Translations under genes and position numbers: made by a program
Part shown: piece by piece, positions 1 to 13,438 of the stretch
Layout: each line of letters opens with the position of its first letter
Position numbering within the stretch: position 1 is the first letter of the stretch
The notes under the pieces: generated by a model
The model's database searches: none
What the model was told of the DNA's origin: nothing
Seen by the model: only the letters and a program-made list of their open reading frames with translations
Assembly: GCF_009914755.1 (NCBI RefSeq)
Contig: NC_060933.1
Reading direction: 5' to 3' (one strand)
Length of the DNA: 64,000 nt
Source of the DNA: the human T2T-CHM13v2.0 reference genome, Homo sapiens

Positions 1-1924
1 TTCTACTCGATTGCATTCCCTTCTATTCCACTCGGATTGATTCCATTCCATTCCGTTCCATTCCATTCCATTTCGTTCCATTCCATTCTATTCCATTCCA
101 TTCCATTCCATTCCATTCCATTCCATTCCGTTCCATTCCATTCCATTCCATTCCATTTCTTTCAATTCCATTCTATTCCATACCATTCCATTCCATTCCG
201 TTCCATGCCATTCCACTCGGGTTGATTCCATTGCTTTCCATTCCATTTGGGTTGAATCCATTCCATTCCATTCCATTCCATTCCATTCCATTCCATTCCA
301 TTCCATTGCATTCCATTCCATTGCACTAGGTTTGATTCCATTCCACTGCATTCCATTCCATTCCATTCCATTCCATTCCGTTCCATTCCATTCCATTACA
401 TTCCTATTGATTGTATTCAATTCCCTTACACTCCATTATATTCCATTCCATTCGGGTTGTTTCCATTCCATTCCATTCCATTCCACTCCATTCCATTGCA
501 GTCGGGTTGATTCCATTCCATTCCATTCCATTCCCTTCCATTCCATTTCGTTCCATTCCATTCTATTCCATACCATTCCATTCCATTCCATTCCATTCCA
601 TTCCATTCCATTCCATTCCATGGCATTCCACTCAGGTTGATTCCTTTCCATTCCATTCCATTCGGGTTGAAACCATTCCATTCCATTCCATTCCATTCCA
701 TTCCATTCCATTCAATTCCGGATGATTGCATTCCATTGCCTTCCATTCAATTGCATTCCCCTGCACCCGGGTTGATTCCATTCAATTCCATTCCATTCCA
801 TTCCGTTCCATTCCATTCCATACCATTCCATTCCATTCCATTCCATTCTATTCGGGTTAATTCCATTCCATTCCATTCCATTCCATTCAATTTCATTGCA
901 ATCGGGTTGATTCCATTCCGTTCCATTCCATTGCATTCCATTCCATTCCATTCCATTCCATTCCATTCCATTCCACTCGGGTTGATTCCATTCCTTTCCA
1001 TTCCATTCGGGGTGAAGCCTTTCCATTCCATTCCATTCCTTTCGATTCCATTCCATTGCACTCGGGTTGATCCCATTCCATTGCATTCCATTCCATTCCA
1101 TTCCATTCCATTCCATTCCATTCCATTCCGTTCCATTCAATTCCATTACATTCGGATTGTTTCTATTCAATTCCCTTACAATCCATCACATTCCATTCCA
1201 TTCGGGTTGTTTCCATTCCATTCCATTCCATTCCATTCAGTATGATTCCATTCCATTGCATTCTATTCCATTCCATTCCCCTGCACTCGGGTGGATTCCA
1301 TTCTATTCCATTCCATTCCATTCCATTCCATTCCATTCCATTCCATTCCATTGAAATCTAGTTGATTCCATTCCATTCCATTCCATTCAATTCCATTCCA
1401 TTCCTTTCTATTCGGGTTAATTCCATTCCCTTCCATTCCATTCCCTTCCATTCCATTCCATTCCATTCCTTTTCATTCCATTCCATTCCATTCTATTAGG
1501 GTTAATTCCATTCCATTCCATTCCATTCCATTCCATTCCATTGCAAAAGAATTGATTCCATTCCATTCCATTCCACTCCATTCCTTTCAATTCCATTTAA
1601 CTCGGGTTGATCCCATTCCATTCCATGCCATTCCATTTCATTCCAATCCATTGCCTTCCATTCCATTCCATTCCTCTGCACTCGGGTTGATTCCATTCCA
1701 TTCCATTCCATTCCATTGCATTCCATTCCATTCAGGATGATTCCATTCCATTGCATTCCATTCCATTCCATTCCCCTGCACTCGTGTTGATTCCATTCCT
1801 TTCCATTCCATTCCATTCCGTTCCATTCCATTCCATTACATTCGTACTGATTGTACTCAATTCCCTTACACTCCATTACATTCCATTCCATTCGGGTTGT
1901 TTCCATTCCATTCCATTCCATTCC

Positions 1925-4900
1925 ACTCCATTCCATTCCATTTCGTTCCATTCCATTCTACTCCATACCATTCCATTCTATTCCATTCCCTTCCATGCCA
2001 TTTCACTCGGGTTTATTCCATTCCTTTCCATTCCATTCGGGTTGAATCCATTCCATTCCATTCCATTGCATTCCATTCCATTCCATTCCCCTGCAATCGG
2101 GTGGATTCCATTCTATTCCATTCCATTCCATTCCATTGCATTCCATTCCATTCCATTCTATTCAGTTCCATTCCATTCTATTCCGTACCATTCCATTCCA
2201 TTCTATTCCATTCCATTCCATGCCATTCCACTCGGGTTGATTACATTGCTTTCCATTCCATTTGGGTTGAATCTAATCCATTCCATTCCATTCCATTCCA
2301 TTCCATTCCATTCCATTCCATTGCACTAGGTTTGATTCCATTTCACTGCATTCCATTCCATTCCATTCCATTAAATTCCATTCCACTCTGGTTGATTCCT
2401 TTCCTTTCCATTCCATTCGTGTTGAATCCATTCCATTCCATTCCATTACTTTCGATTCCATTCCATTGCACTCGGGTTGAACCCATTCCATTAGATTCCA
2501 TTCCATTCCATTGCATTCCATTCCGTTCCATTCCATTCCATTACATTCGTATTGATTCTATTCAATTCCCTTACACTCCATTCCATTCCATTCCTTTCGG
2601 GTTGTTTCCATTCCATTCCATTCCATTCCACTCCATTCCATTGCAATCGGGTTGATTCCATTCCATTCCATTCCATTCCATTCCGTATGATTCCATTCCA
2701 TTGCATTCCATTCCATTCCATTCCCCTGCACTCGGGTGGATTCCATTCTATTCCATTCCATTCCATTCCACTCTATTCCATTCCATTCCATTCCATTCCA
2801 TTCCATTCTATTCGGGTTAATTTCATTCCATTCCATTCCATTCCATTCCATTCCATTGAAATCGAGTTGATTCCATTTCATTCCATTCCATTCCATTCCA
2901 TTCCATTCCATTCCATTCCATTGCATTCTATTCCGGTTAATTCCATTCCATTCCATTCCATTCCCTTCCATTCCATTCCATTCCATTCTATTAGGGTTAA
3001 TTCCATTCCATTACATTCCATTACATTCCATTGCAATCGAGTTGATTCCATTCCATTCCATTCCATTCCATTCCATTCAATTCCGGATGATTGCATTCCA
3101 TTGCCTTCCATTCCATTCCATTCCCCTGCACTCGGGTTGATTCCATTCCATTCCTTTCCATTCCATTCCATTCCATTCCATTCCATTCCATTTCGTTTCA
3201 TTCCTTTCTATTCCGTACCATTCCATTCCATTCCATTCCATTCCATTTCATTCCAATCCATTCCATGCCATTCCACTCGGGTTGATTCCATTCCTTTCCA
3301 TTCCATTCGACTTGAATCCATTCCATTCCATTGCATTCGATTCCATTCCATTGCACACGGGATCATTCCATTGCATTCCATTCCATTCCATTCCATTCCA
3401 TTCCATTCCATTCCATGCCATTCCACTCGGGTTGATTCCATTCCTTTCCGTTCCATTCGAGTTGAACCCATTCCGTTCCATTCCATTCCATTCCATTCCA
3501 TTCCATTCCATTCCATTCCATTGCACACGGGTTCATTCCATTCCATTCCATTCCATTACATTCCATTCCATTTCGTTCCATTCCATTCTATTCTGTACCA
3601 TTCCATTCCATTCCATTCCATTCCATTCCATTCCACTCCATTCCATGCCATTCCACTCGGGTTTATTCCATTCCTTTCCATTCCATTCGGGTTGAATCCA
3701 TTCCATTCCATTCCATTCCATTCCATTCAATTCCATTACATAGCAATCGTGTTGATTCCATTGCATTCCATTCCATTCCATTGCATTCCATTCCATTCCA
3801 TTCCATTCCATTGCTTTCCATTCCATGCCATTCCACTCGGGTTGATTCCTTTCCTTTCCATTGCATTGGAGTTGAACCCATTCCATTCCATTCCATTCCA
3901 TTCCATTGCAATCGAATTGATTCCATTCCATTCCATTCCATTCCATTCCATTCCATTCCATTCCATTCCATGCCATTCCACTCGGGTTGATTCCATTGCT
4001 TTCCATTCCATTTGGGTTGAATCCAATCCATTCCATTGCATTCAATTCCATTCCTTTCCATTGCACTAGGTTTGATTCCATTCCACAGCATTCCATTCCA
4101 TTCCATTCCATTCCATTCCACTCGGGATGATTCCATTCCTTTCCATTCCATTCGGGTTGAAACCATTCCATTCCATTCCATTCCTTTTGATTCCATTCCC
4201 TTACACTCGTGTTGATCCCATTCCTTTGCATTGCATTCCATTCCATTGCATTCCATTCCGTTCCATTCCATTCCATTACATTCGCATTGATTCTATTCCA
4301 TTCCCTTACACTCCATTACATTCCATTCCATTCGGGTTGTTTCCATTCCATTCCATTCCATTCCACTCCATTCCATTGCAATCGGGTTGATTCCATTCCA
4401 TTCCATTCCATTCCATTCCGTATGATTCCATTCCATTGCATTCCATTCCATTCCATTCCCCTGCACTCGGGTGGATTCCATTCTATTCCATTCCATTCCA
4501 TTCCATTCCATTCCATTCCACTCCACTCCATGCCATTCCACTCGGGTTTATTCCATTCCTTTCCATTCCATTCGGGTTGAATCCATTCCATTCCATTCCA
4601 TTCCACTCAATTCCATTACATTGCACTCGGGTTGATTCCATTGCATTCCATTCCATTCCATTCCATTCCATTCCATTCCATTCCATTCCATTCCATTCCA
4701 TTTCGTTCTTTTCCATTCTATTCCGTACCATTCCATTCCATTCCTTTGCATTCCATGCCATTCCACTCGGGTTTATTCCATTCATTTCCATTCCATTCGG
4801 GTTGAATCCATTCCATTCTATTCCATTCCATTCCATTCCATTCCATTCCATTCCATTCTATTCCGTACCTTTCCATTCCATTCCATTCCATTCCATTCCA

Positions 4901-7900
4901 TGCCATGCCATTCCACTCGGGTTGATTCCATTCCTTTCCATTCCATTCTCGTTGAATCCATTCCATTGCATTCCATTCCATTCGATTCCATTCAATTGCA
5001 CACGGGTTCATTCCATTCCATTCCATTCCATTCCATTCCATTCCATTCCATTCCATTTCGTTCCATTCCATTCTATTCCGTACCATTCCCTTCCATTCCA
5101 TTCCATTCCACTCCATTCCATGCCATTCCACTCGGGTTTATTCCATTCCTTTCCATTCCATTCGGGTTGAATCCATTCCATTCCATTCCATTCCATTCCA
5201 TTCCATTCCATTCCATTCCATTCCATTCCATGCCATTCAACTCGGGTTTATTCCATTCCTTTCGATTCCATTCGAGTTGAACCCATTCCATTCCATTCCA
5301 TTGCTCACGGGTTCATTCCATTCCATTCCATTCCACTCCATTCCATTCCATTTCGTTCCATTCCATTCTACTCCATACCATTCCATTCTATTCCATTCCC
5401 TTCCATGCCATTTCACTCGGGTTTATTCCATTCCTTTCCATTCCATTCGGGTTGAATCCATTCCATTCCATTCCATTGCATTCCATTCCATTCCATTCCA
5501 TTCCATTCCCCTGCAATCGGGTGGATTCCATTCTATTCCATTCCATTCCATTCCATTGCATTCCATTCCATTCCATTCTATTCCGTTCCATTCCATTGCA
5601 TGCCATTCCACTCGGGTTGATTCCATTGCTTTCCATTCCATTTGGGTTGAATCTAATCCATTCCATTCCATTCCATTCCATTCCATTCCATTCCATTCCA
5701 TTGCACTAGGTTTGATTCCATTTCACTGCATTCCATTCCATTCCATTCCATTAAATTCCATTCCACTCTGGTTGATTTCATTCCTTTCCATTCCATTCGT
5801 GTTGAATCCATTCCATTCCATTCCATTACTTTCGATTCCATTCCATTGCACTCGGGTTGAACCCATTCCATTAGATTCCTTTCCATTCCATTGCATTCCA
5901 TTCCGTTCCATTCCATTCCATTACATTCGTATTGATTCTATTCAATTCCCTTACACTCCATTCCATTCCATTCCATTCGGGTTGTTTCCATTCCATTCCA
6001 TTCCATTCCACTCCATTCCATTGCAATCGGGTTGATTCCATTCCATTCCATTCCATTCCATTCCGTATGATTCCATTCCATTGCATTCCATTCCATTCCA
6101 TTCCCCTGCACTCGGGTGGATTCCATTCTATTCCATTCCATTCCATTCCACTCTATTCCATTCCATTCCATTCCATTCCATTCCATTCTATTCGGGTTAA
6201 TTTCATTCCATTCCATTCCATTCCATTCCATTCCATTCCATTGAAATCGAGTTGATTCCATTTCATTCCATTCCATTCCATTCCATTCCATTCCATTGCA
6301 TTCTATTCTGGTTAATTCCATTCCATTCCATTCCATTCCCTTCCATTCCATTCCATTCCATTCTATTAGGGTTAATTCCATTCCATTACATTCCATTACA
6401 TTCCATTGCAATCGAGTTGATTCCACTCCATTCCATTCCATTCCATTCAATTCCGGATGATTGCATTCCATTGCCTTCCATTCCATTCCATTCCCCTGCA
6501 CTCGGGTTGATTCCATTCCATTCCTTTCCATTCCATTCCATTCCATTCCATTTCGTTTCATTCCGTTCTATTCCGTACCATTCCATTCCATTCCATTCCA
6601 TTGCATTCCATTCCATTTCATTCCATTCCATTCCATGCCATTCCACTCGGGTTGATTCCATTCCTTTCCATTCCATTCGACTTGAATCCATTCCATTCCA
6701 TTCCATTCCATTCGATTCCGTTCCATTGCACACGGGTTCATTCCATTGCATTCCATTCCATTCCATTCCATTCCATTCCATTCCATGCCATTCCACTCGG
6801 GTTGATTCCATTCCTTTCCGTTCCATTCGAGTTGAACCCATTCCGTTCCATTCCATTCCATTCCATTCCATTCCATTCCATTGCACACGGGTTCATTCCA
6901 TTCCATTCCATTCCATTACATTACATTCCATTTCGTTCCATTCCATTCTATTCCGTACCATTCCATTCCATTCCATTCCATTCCATTCCATTCCACTCCA
7001 TTCCATGCCATTCCACTCGGGTTTATTCCATTCCTTTCCATTCCATTCGGGTTGAATCCATTCCATTCCATTCCATTCCATTCCATTCCATTCAATTCCA
7101 TTACATAGCACTCGGGTTGATTCCATTGCATTCCATTCCATTCCATTGCATTCCATTCCATTCCATTCCATTCCATTGCTTTCCATTCCATGCCATTCCA
7201 CTCGGGTTGATTCCATTCCTTTCCATTCCATTCGAGTTGAACCCATTCCATTCCATTCCATTCCATTCCTTTCCATTCCTTTCGAGTTGAACCCATTCCA
7301 TTCCATTCCATTCCATTCCATTGCAATCGAATTGATTCCATTCCATTCCATTCCGTTCCATTCCATTCCATTCCATTCCATTCCATGCCATTCCACTCGT
7401 GTTGATTCCATTGCTTTCCATTCCATTTGGGTTGAATCCAATCCATTCCATTGCATTCAATTCCATTCCTTTCCATTGCACTAGGTTTGATTCCATTCCA
7501 CAGCATTCCATTCCATTCCATTCCATTCCATTCCATTCCATTCCATTCCACTCCACTCCATGCCATTCCACTCGGGTTTATTCCATTCCTTTCCATTCCA
7601 TTCGGGTTGAATCCATTCCATTCCATTCCATTCCACTCAATTCCATTACATTGCACTCGGGTTGATTCCATTGCATTCCATTCCATTCCATTCCATTCCA
7701 TTCCATTCCATTCCATTTCGTTCTTTTCCATTCTATTCTGTACCATTCCATTCTATTCTTTGCATTCCATGCCATTCCACTCGGGTTTATTCCATTCATT
7801 TCCATTCCATTCGGGTTGAATCCATTCCATTCCATTCCATTCCATTCCATTCCATTCCATTCCATTCCATTGCACTAGGTTTGATTCCATTCCGCTGCAT

Positions 7901-8600
7901 TCCATTCCATTCCATTCCATTCCGTTCCATTCCATTCCATTACATTCGGTTTGATTGTATTCAATTCCCTTACACTCCATTTCATTCCATTCCATTCAGT
8001 TTGTTTCCATTCCATTCCAATCCATTCCACTCCATTCCATTGCACTCGGGTTGATTGCATTCCATTCCATTCCATTCTACTCCATTTCGTTCCATTCCAT
8101 TCTATTCGGTAGCATTCCATTCCATTCCATTCCAATCCATTCCATTCCATGCCATTCCACTTGGGTTGATTCCCTTCCTTTCCATTCCATTCGGGTTGAA
8201 TCCATTCCATTCCATTCCATTCCATTCCATTCCATTCCTTTCAATTCCATTGCACACGGGTTGGTTCCATTCCATTCCTTTCCGTTCCATTCCGGATGAC
8301 TCCATTCCATTGCACTCCATTCCATTCCATTCCCCTGCACTCGGGTTCATTACCTTCCGTTCCATTTACTTCCATTCCATTCCATTCCATTCTATTCGGG
8401 TTAATTCCATTCCATTCCATTGCATTCCATTCCATTCCATTCCATTCCATTGCAATCGAGTTGATTCCACTCCATTCCATTCAATTCCGGATGATTCCAT
8501 TCCATTGCCTTCAATTCCATTCCATTCCCCTGCACTCGGGTTGATTCCATTCCATTCCATTCCATTCCATTCCATTCCATTCCATTCCATTTCATTCGTA
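1925..8600 (+). repeat. Older ~2.7-3.4 kb higher-order units of domain L
   Basis: Near-identical ORF translations at a 3380 bp offset (2273/5653, 2491/5871, 2552/5932), then 2704 bp (6881/9585, 7146/9850, 7399/10103) and 3124 bp (7955/11079, 8055/11179). A ~1.5 kb core block starts at about 2550, 5930, 8600 and 14730. Confidence 0.75.
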
Positions 8601-11600
8601 TTGATTCTATTCAATTCCCTTACACTCCATTCCATTCCATTCCATTCGGGTTGTTTCCATTCCATTCCATTCCATTCCACTCCATTCCATTGCAATCGGG
8701 TTGATTCCATTCCATTCCATTCCATTCCATTCCGGAAGATTCCATTCCATTGCATTCCATTCCATTCCATTCCCCTGCACTCGGGTGGATTCCATTCTAT
8801 TCCATTCCATTCCATTCCACTCTATTCCATTCCATTCCATTCCATTCCATTCCATTCTATTCGGGTTAATTTCATTCCATTCCATTCCATTCCATTCCAT
8901 TCCATTCCATTGAAATCGAGTTGATTCCATTTCATTCCATTCCATTCCATTCCATTCCATTCCATTCCATTCCATTGCATTCTATTCCGGTTAATTCCAT
9001 TCCATTCCATTCCATTCCCTTCCATTCCATTCCATTCCATTCTATTAGGGTTAATTCCATTCCATTACATTCCATTACATTCCATTGCAATCCAGTTGAT
9101 TCCACTCCATTCCATTCCATTCCATTCAATTCCGGATGATTGCATTCCATTGCCTTCCATTCCATTCCATTCCCCTGCACTCGGGTTGATTCCATTCCAT
9201 TCCTTTCCATTCCATTCCATTCCATTCCATTCCATTCCATTTCGTTTCATTCCGTTCTATTCCGTACCATTCCATTCCATTCCATTCCATTCCATTCCAT
9301 TCCATTTCATTCCATTCCATTCCATGCCATTCCACTCGGGTTGATTCCATTCCTTTCCATTCCATTCGACTTGAATCCATTCCATTCCATTCCATTCCAT
9401 TCGATTCCATTCCATTGCACACGGGTTCATTCCATTGCATTCCATTCCATTCCATTCCATTCCATTCCATTCCATGCCATTCCACTCGGGTTGATTCCAT
9501 TCCTTTCCGTTCCATTCGAGTTGAACCCATTCCGTTCCATTCCATTCCATTCCATTCCATTCCATTCCATTCCATTCCATTCCATTGCACACGGGTTCAT
9601 TCCATTCCATTCCATTCCATTACATTACATTCCATTTCGTTCCATTCCATTCTATTCCGTACCATTCCATTCCATTCCATTCCATTCCATTCCATTCCAC
9701 TCCATTCCATGCCATTCCACTCGGGTTTATTCCATTCCTTTCCATTCCATTCGGGTTGAATCCATTCCATTCCATTCCATTCCATTCCATTCCATTCAAT
9801 TCCATTACATAGCACTCGGGTTGATTCCATTGCATTCCATTCCATTCCATTGCATTCCATTCCATTCCATTCCATTCCATTGCTTTCCATTCCATGCCAT
9901 TCCACTCGGGTTGATTCCATTCCTTTCCATTCCATTCGAGTTGAACCCATTCCATTCCATTCCATTCCATTCCTTTCCATTCCTTTCGAGTTGAACCCAT
10001 TCCATTCCATTCCATTCCATTCCATTGCAATCGAATTGATTCCATTCCATTCCATTCCGTTCCATTCCATTCCATTCCATTCCATTCCATGCCATTCCAC
10101 TCGTGTTGATTCCATTGCTTTCCATTCCATTTGGGTTGAATCCAATCCATTCCATTGCATTCAATTCCATTCCTTTCCATTGCACTAGGTTTGATTCCAT
10201 TCCACAGCATTCCATTCCATTCCATTCCATTCCATTCCATTCCATTCCATTCCATTCCACTCGGGATGATTCCATTCCTTTCCATTCCATTCGGGTTGAA
10301 ACCATTCCATTCCATTCCATTCCTTTCGATTCCATTCCCTTACACTCGGGTTGATCCCATTGCATTGCATTGCATTCCATTCCATTGCATTCCATTCCGT
10401 TCCATTCCATTCCATTACATTCGCATTGATTCTATTCCATTCCCTTACACTCCATTACATTCCATTCCATTCGGGTTGTTTCCATTCCATTCCATTCCAT
10501 TCCACTCCATTCCATTGCAATCGGGTTGATTCCATTCCATTCCATTCCATTCCATTCCGTATGATTCCATTCCATTGCATTCCATTCCATTCCATTCCCC
10601 TGCACTCGGGTGGATTCCATTCTATTCCATTCCATTCCATTCCATTCCATTCCATTCCATTCCATTCCACTCCACTCCATGCCATTCCACTCGGGTTTAT
10701 TCCATTCCTTTCCATTCCATTCGGGTTGAATCCATTCCATTCCATTCCATTCCACTCAATTCCATTACATTGCACTCGGGTTGATTCCACTGCATTCCAT
10801 TCCATTCCATTCCATTCCATTCCATTCCATTCCATTTCGTTCTTTTCCATTCTATTCTGTACCATTCCATTCTATTCTTTGCATTCCATGCCATTCCACT
10901 CGGGTTTATTCCATTCATTTCCATTCCATTCGGGTTGAATCCATTCCATTCCATTCCATTCCATTCCATTCCATTCCATTCCATTCCATTCCATTGCACT
11001 AGGTTTGATTCCATTCCGCTGCATTCCATTCCATTCCATTCCATTCCGTTCCATTCCATTCCATTACATTCGGTTTGATTGTATTCAATTCCCTTACACT
11101 CCATTTCATTCCATTCCATTCAGTTTGTTTCCATTCCATTCCAATCCATTCCACTGCATTCCATTGCACTCGGGTTGATTGCATTCCATTCCATTCCATT
11201 CTACTCCATTTCGTTCCATTCCATTCTATTCGGTAGCATTCCATTCCATTCCATTCCAATCCATTCCATTCCATGCCATTCCACTTGGGTTGATTCCCTT
11301 CCTTTCCATTCCATTCGGGTTGAATCCATTCCATTCCATTCCATTCCATTCCATTCCATTCTTTTCAATTCCATTGCACACGGGTTGGTTCCATTCCATT
11401 CCTTTCCGTTCCATTCCGGATGACTCCATTCCATTGCATTCCATTCCATTCCATTCCCCTGCACTCGGGTTCATTACCTTCCATTCCATTTACTTCCATT
11501 CCATTCCATTCCATTCTATTCGGGTTAATTCCATTCCATTCCATTGCATTCCATTCCATTCCATTCCATTCCATTCCATTTCATTCCATTCCATTCCATT

Positions 11601-13438
11601 CCATTCCATTCCATTTCATTCCATTCCATTCCATTCCATTCCATTGCAATCGAGTTGATTCCATTCCATTCCATTCAATTCCGGATGATTCCATTCCATT
11701 GCCTTCAATTCCATTCCATTCCCCTGCACTCGGGTTGATTCCATTCCATTCCATTCCATTCCATTTCATTCCATTCCGTTCCATTCCATTCCATTCCATT
11801 CTGTTCAGGTTAATTCGATTCCATTCCTTTCCCTTAAATTCCATTCCATTCCATCCCATTGCAATCGAGTTGATTCCATTGCATTCCATTCCATTACATT
11901 CCATTGCATTCCATTCCATTCCATTCCCTTGCACTCAGGTTGATTCCATTCGATTCCTTTCCATTCCATTCCATTCGGGTTGTTTCCATTCCATTCCGTT
12001 CCATTCCACTCCATTCCATTGCAATCGGGTTGATTCCATTCCATTCCATTGCATTCCATTCCATTCCATTCCATTCCGTATGATTCCATTACATTGCATT
12101 CCATTCCATTCCATTCCCCTGCACTCGGTTGGATTCCATTCAATTCCATTCCATTCCATTCCATTCCATTCCATTCCATTCCATTCCATTCTATTCGGGT
12201 TAATTTCATTGCATTCCATTCCATTCCCTTCCATTCCCTTCCATTCCATTCCATTCCATTCAATTGAAATCGAGTTGATTCCATTCCATTCCATTCCATT
12301 CCACTCCATTCTATTCGGGTTAATTCCATTCCATTCCATTCCATTCCATTCCCTTCCATTCCATTCCATTCCATTCCATTCCATTCTATTCCATTCCATT
12401 CCATTCTATTAGGGTTAATTCCATTCCATTCCATTCCATTCCATTCCATTCCATTCCATTCCATTCTATTCCACTCCATTCCATGCCATTCCACTCGGGT
12501 TTATTCCACTCCTTTCCATTCCATTCGGGTTGAATCCATTCCATTCCATTCCATTCCATTCCATTCCATTCCATTCCATTCCATTCCATTCCATGCCATT
12601 ACACTCGGGTTGATTCCGTACCTTTCCATTCCATTCGAATTGAACCCATTCCATTCCATTCCATTCCATTCCATTCCATTTCGTTCCATTCCATTCTATT
12701 CCTTACCATTCCACTCCATTCCATTCCCTTCCATGCCATTTCACTCGGGTTTATTCCATTCCTTTCCATTCCATTCGGGTTGAATCCATTCCATTCCATT
12801 CCATTCCATTCGATTCCATTCCATTCAACTCGGGTTGATTCCATTCCATTCCATGCCATTCCATTTCATTCCATTCCATTCCATTCCATTCCATTCCATT
12901 CCATTCCGTTCCATTACATTCGGATTGATTCTTTTTAATTCCCTTACACTCCATTACATTCCATTCCATTCGGGTACTTTCCATTCCATTCCATTCCATT
13001 CCACTGCATTCTATTGCACTCGGGTTGATTGATTCCATTCCATTGCATTCCATTCCATTCCATTCCCTTGCACTCAGGTTGATCCCATTCCATTGCATTT
13101 CATTCCATTCCATTCCATTCCGTTCCGTTCCATTCCATTCCATTCCATTCTGTTCAGGTTAATTCCATTCCATTCCATTCCCTTCCATTCCGTTCCGTTC
13201 CATTCCATTCCATTCCATTCCATTCCATTCTATTCAGGTTAATTCCATTCCATTCCATTCCCTTCCATTCCATTCCATTCCATTCCATCCCATTGCAATC
13301 TAGTTGATTCCATTGCATTCCATTCCATTCCATTCCATTCCATTGCATTGCATTCCATTCCATTCCCCTGCACTCAGATTGATTCCATTCCATCCCATTC
13401 CATTCCATTCCGTTCCATTCCATTCCATTCCATTCTAT
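7320..13438 (+). repeat. ~6.1 kb tandem duplication, copy 1
   Basis: Matching ORFs at offsets 6117 (7399/13516), 6132 (7875/14007, 9140/15272, 10351/16483), 6127 (11079/17206) and 6092 (11805/17897, 12751/18843). Junction ...CATTCTATTGCAATCGAATTG at about 13432-13451 re-enters the sequence seen at 7321. Confidence 0.9.

Noticed and set aside
1-40. Possible array edge or unique flank at the window start
   Set aside because: Although diverged, it stays in pentamer register and resembles internal words (CCCTTCTATTCCACTCGGATTG), so it is not unique sequence.
2552-4069. Longest ORF (505 aa) and the other + strand (IPFHS)n ORFs
   Set aside because: (CATTC)n has no stop codon in any frame and translates to a 5-aa periodic peptide. 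Many starts are TTG/alternative codons within variant words, ORFs overlap in all frames, and there is no domain, codon or splice evidence.
13024-13036. TTGATTGAT (PBX-like homeodomain motif) created by a 4-bp GATT duplication
   Set aside because: Only three copies (about 13025, 19117, 22225), all from one event propagated by duplication. Too few and too short to support a regulatory call.
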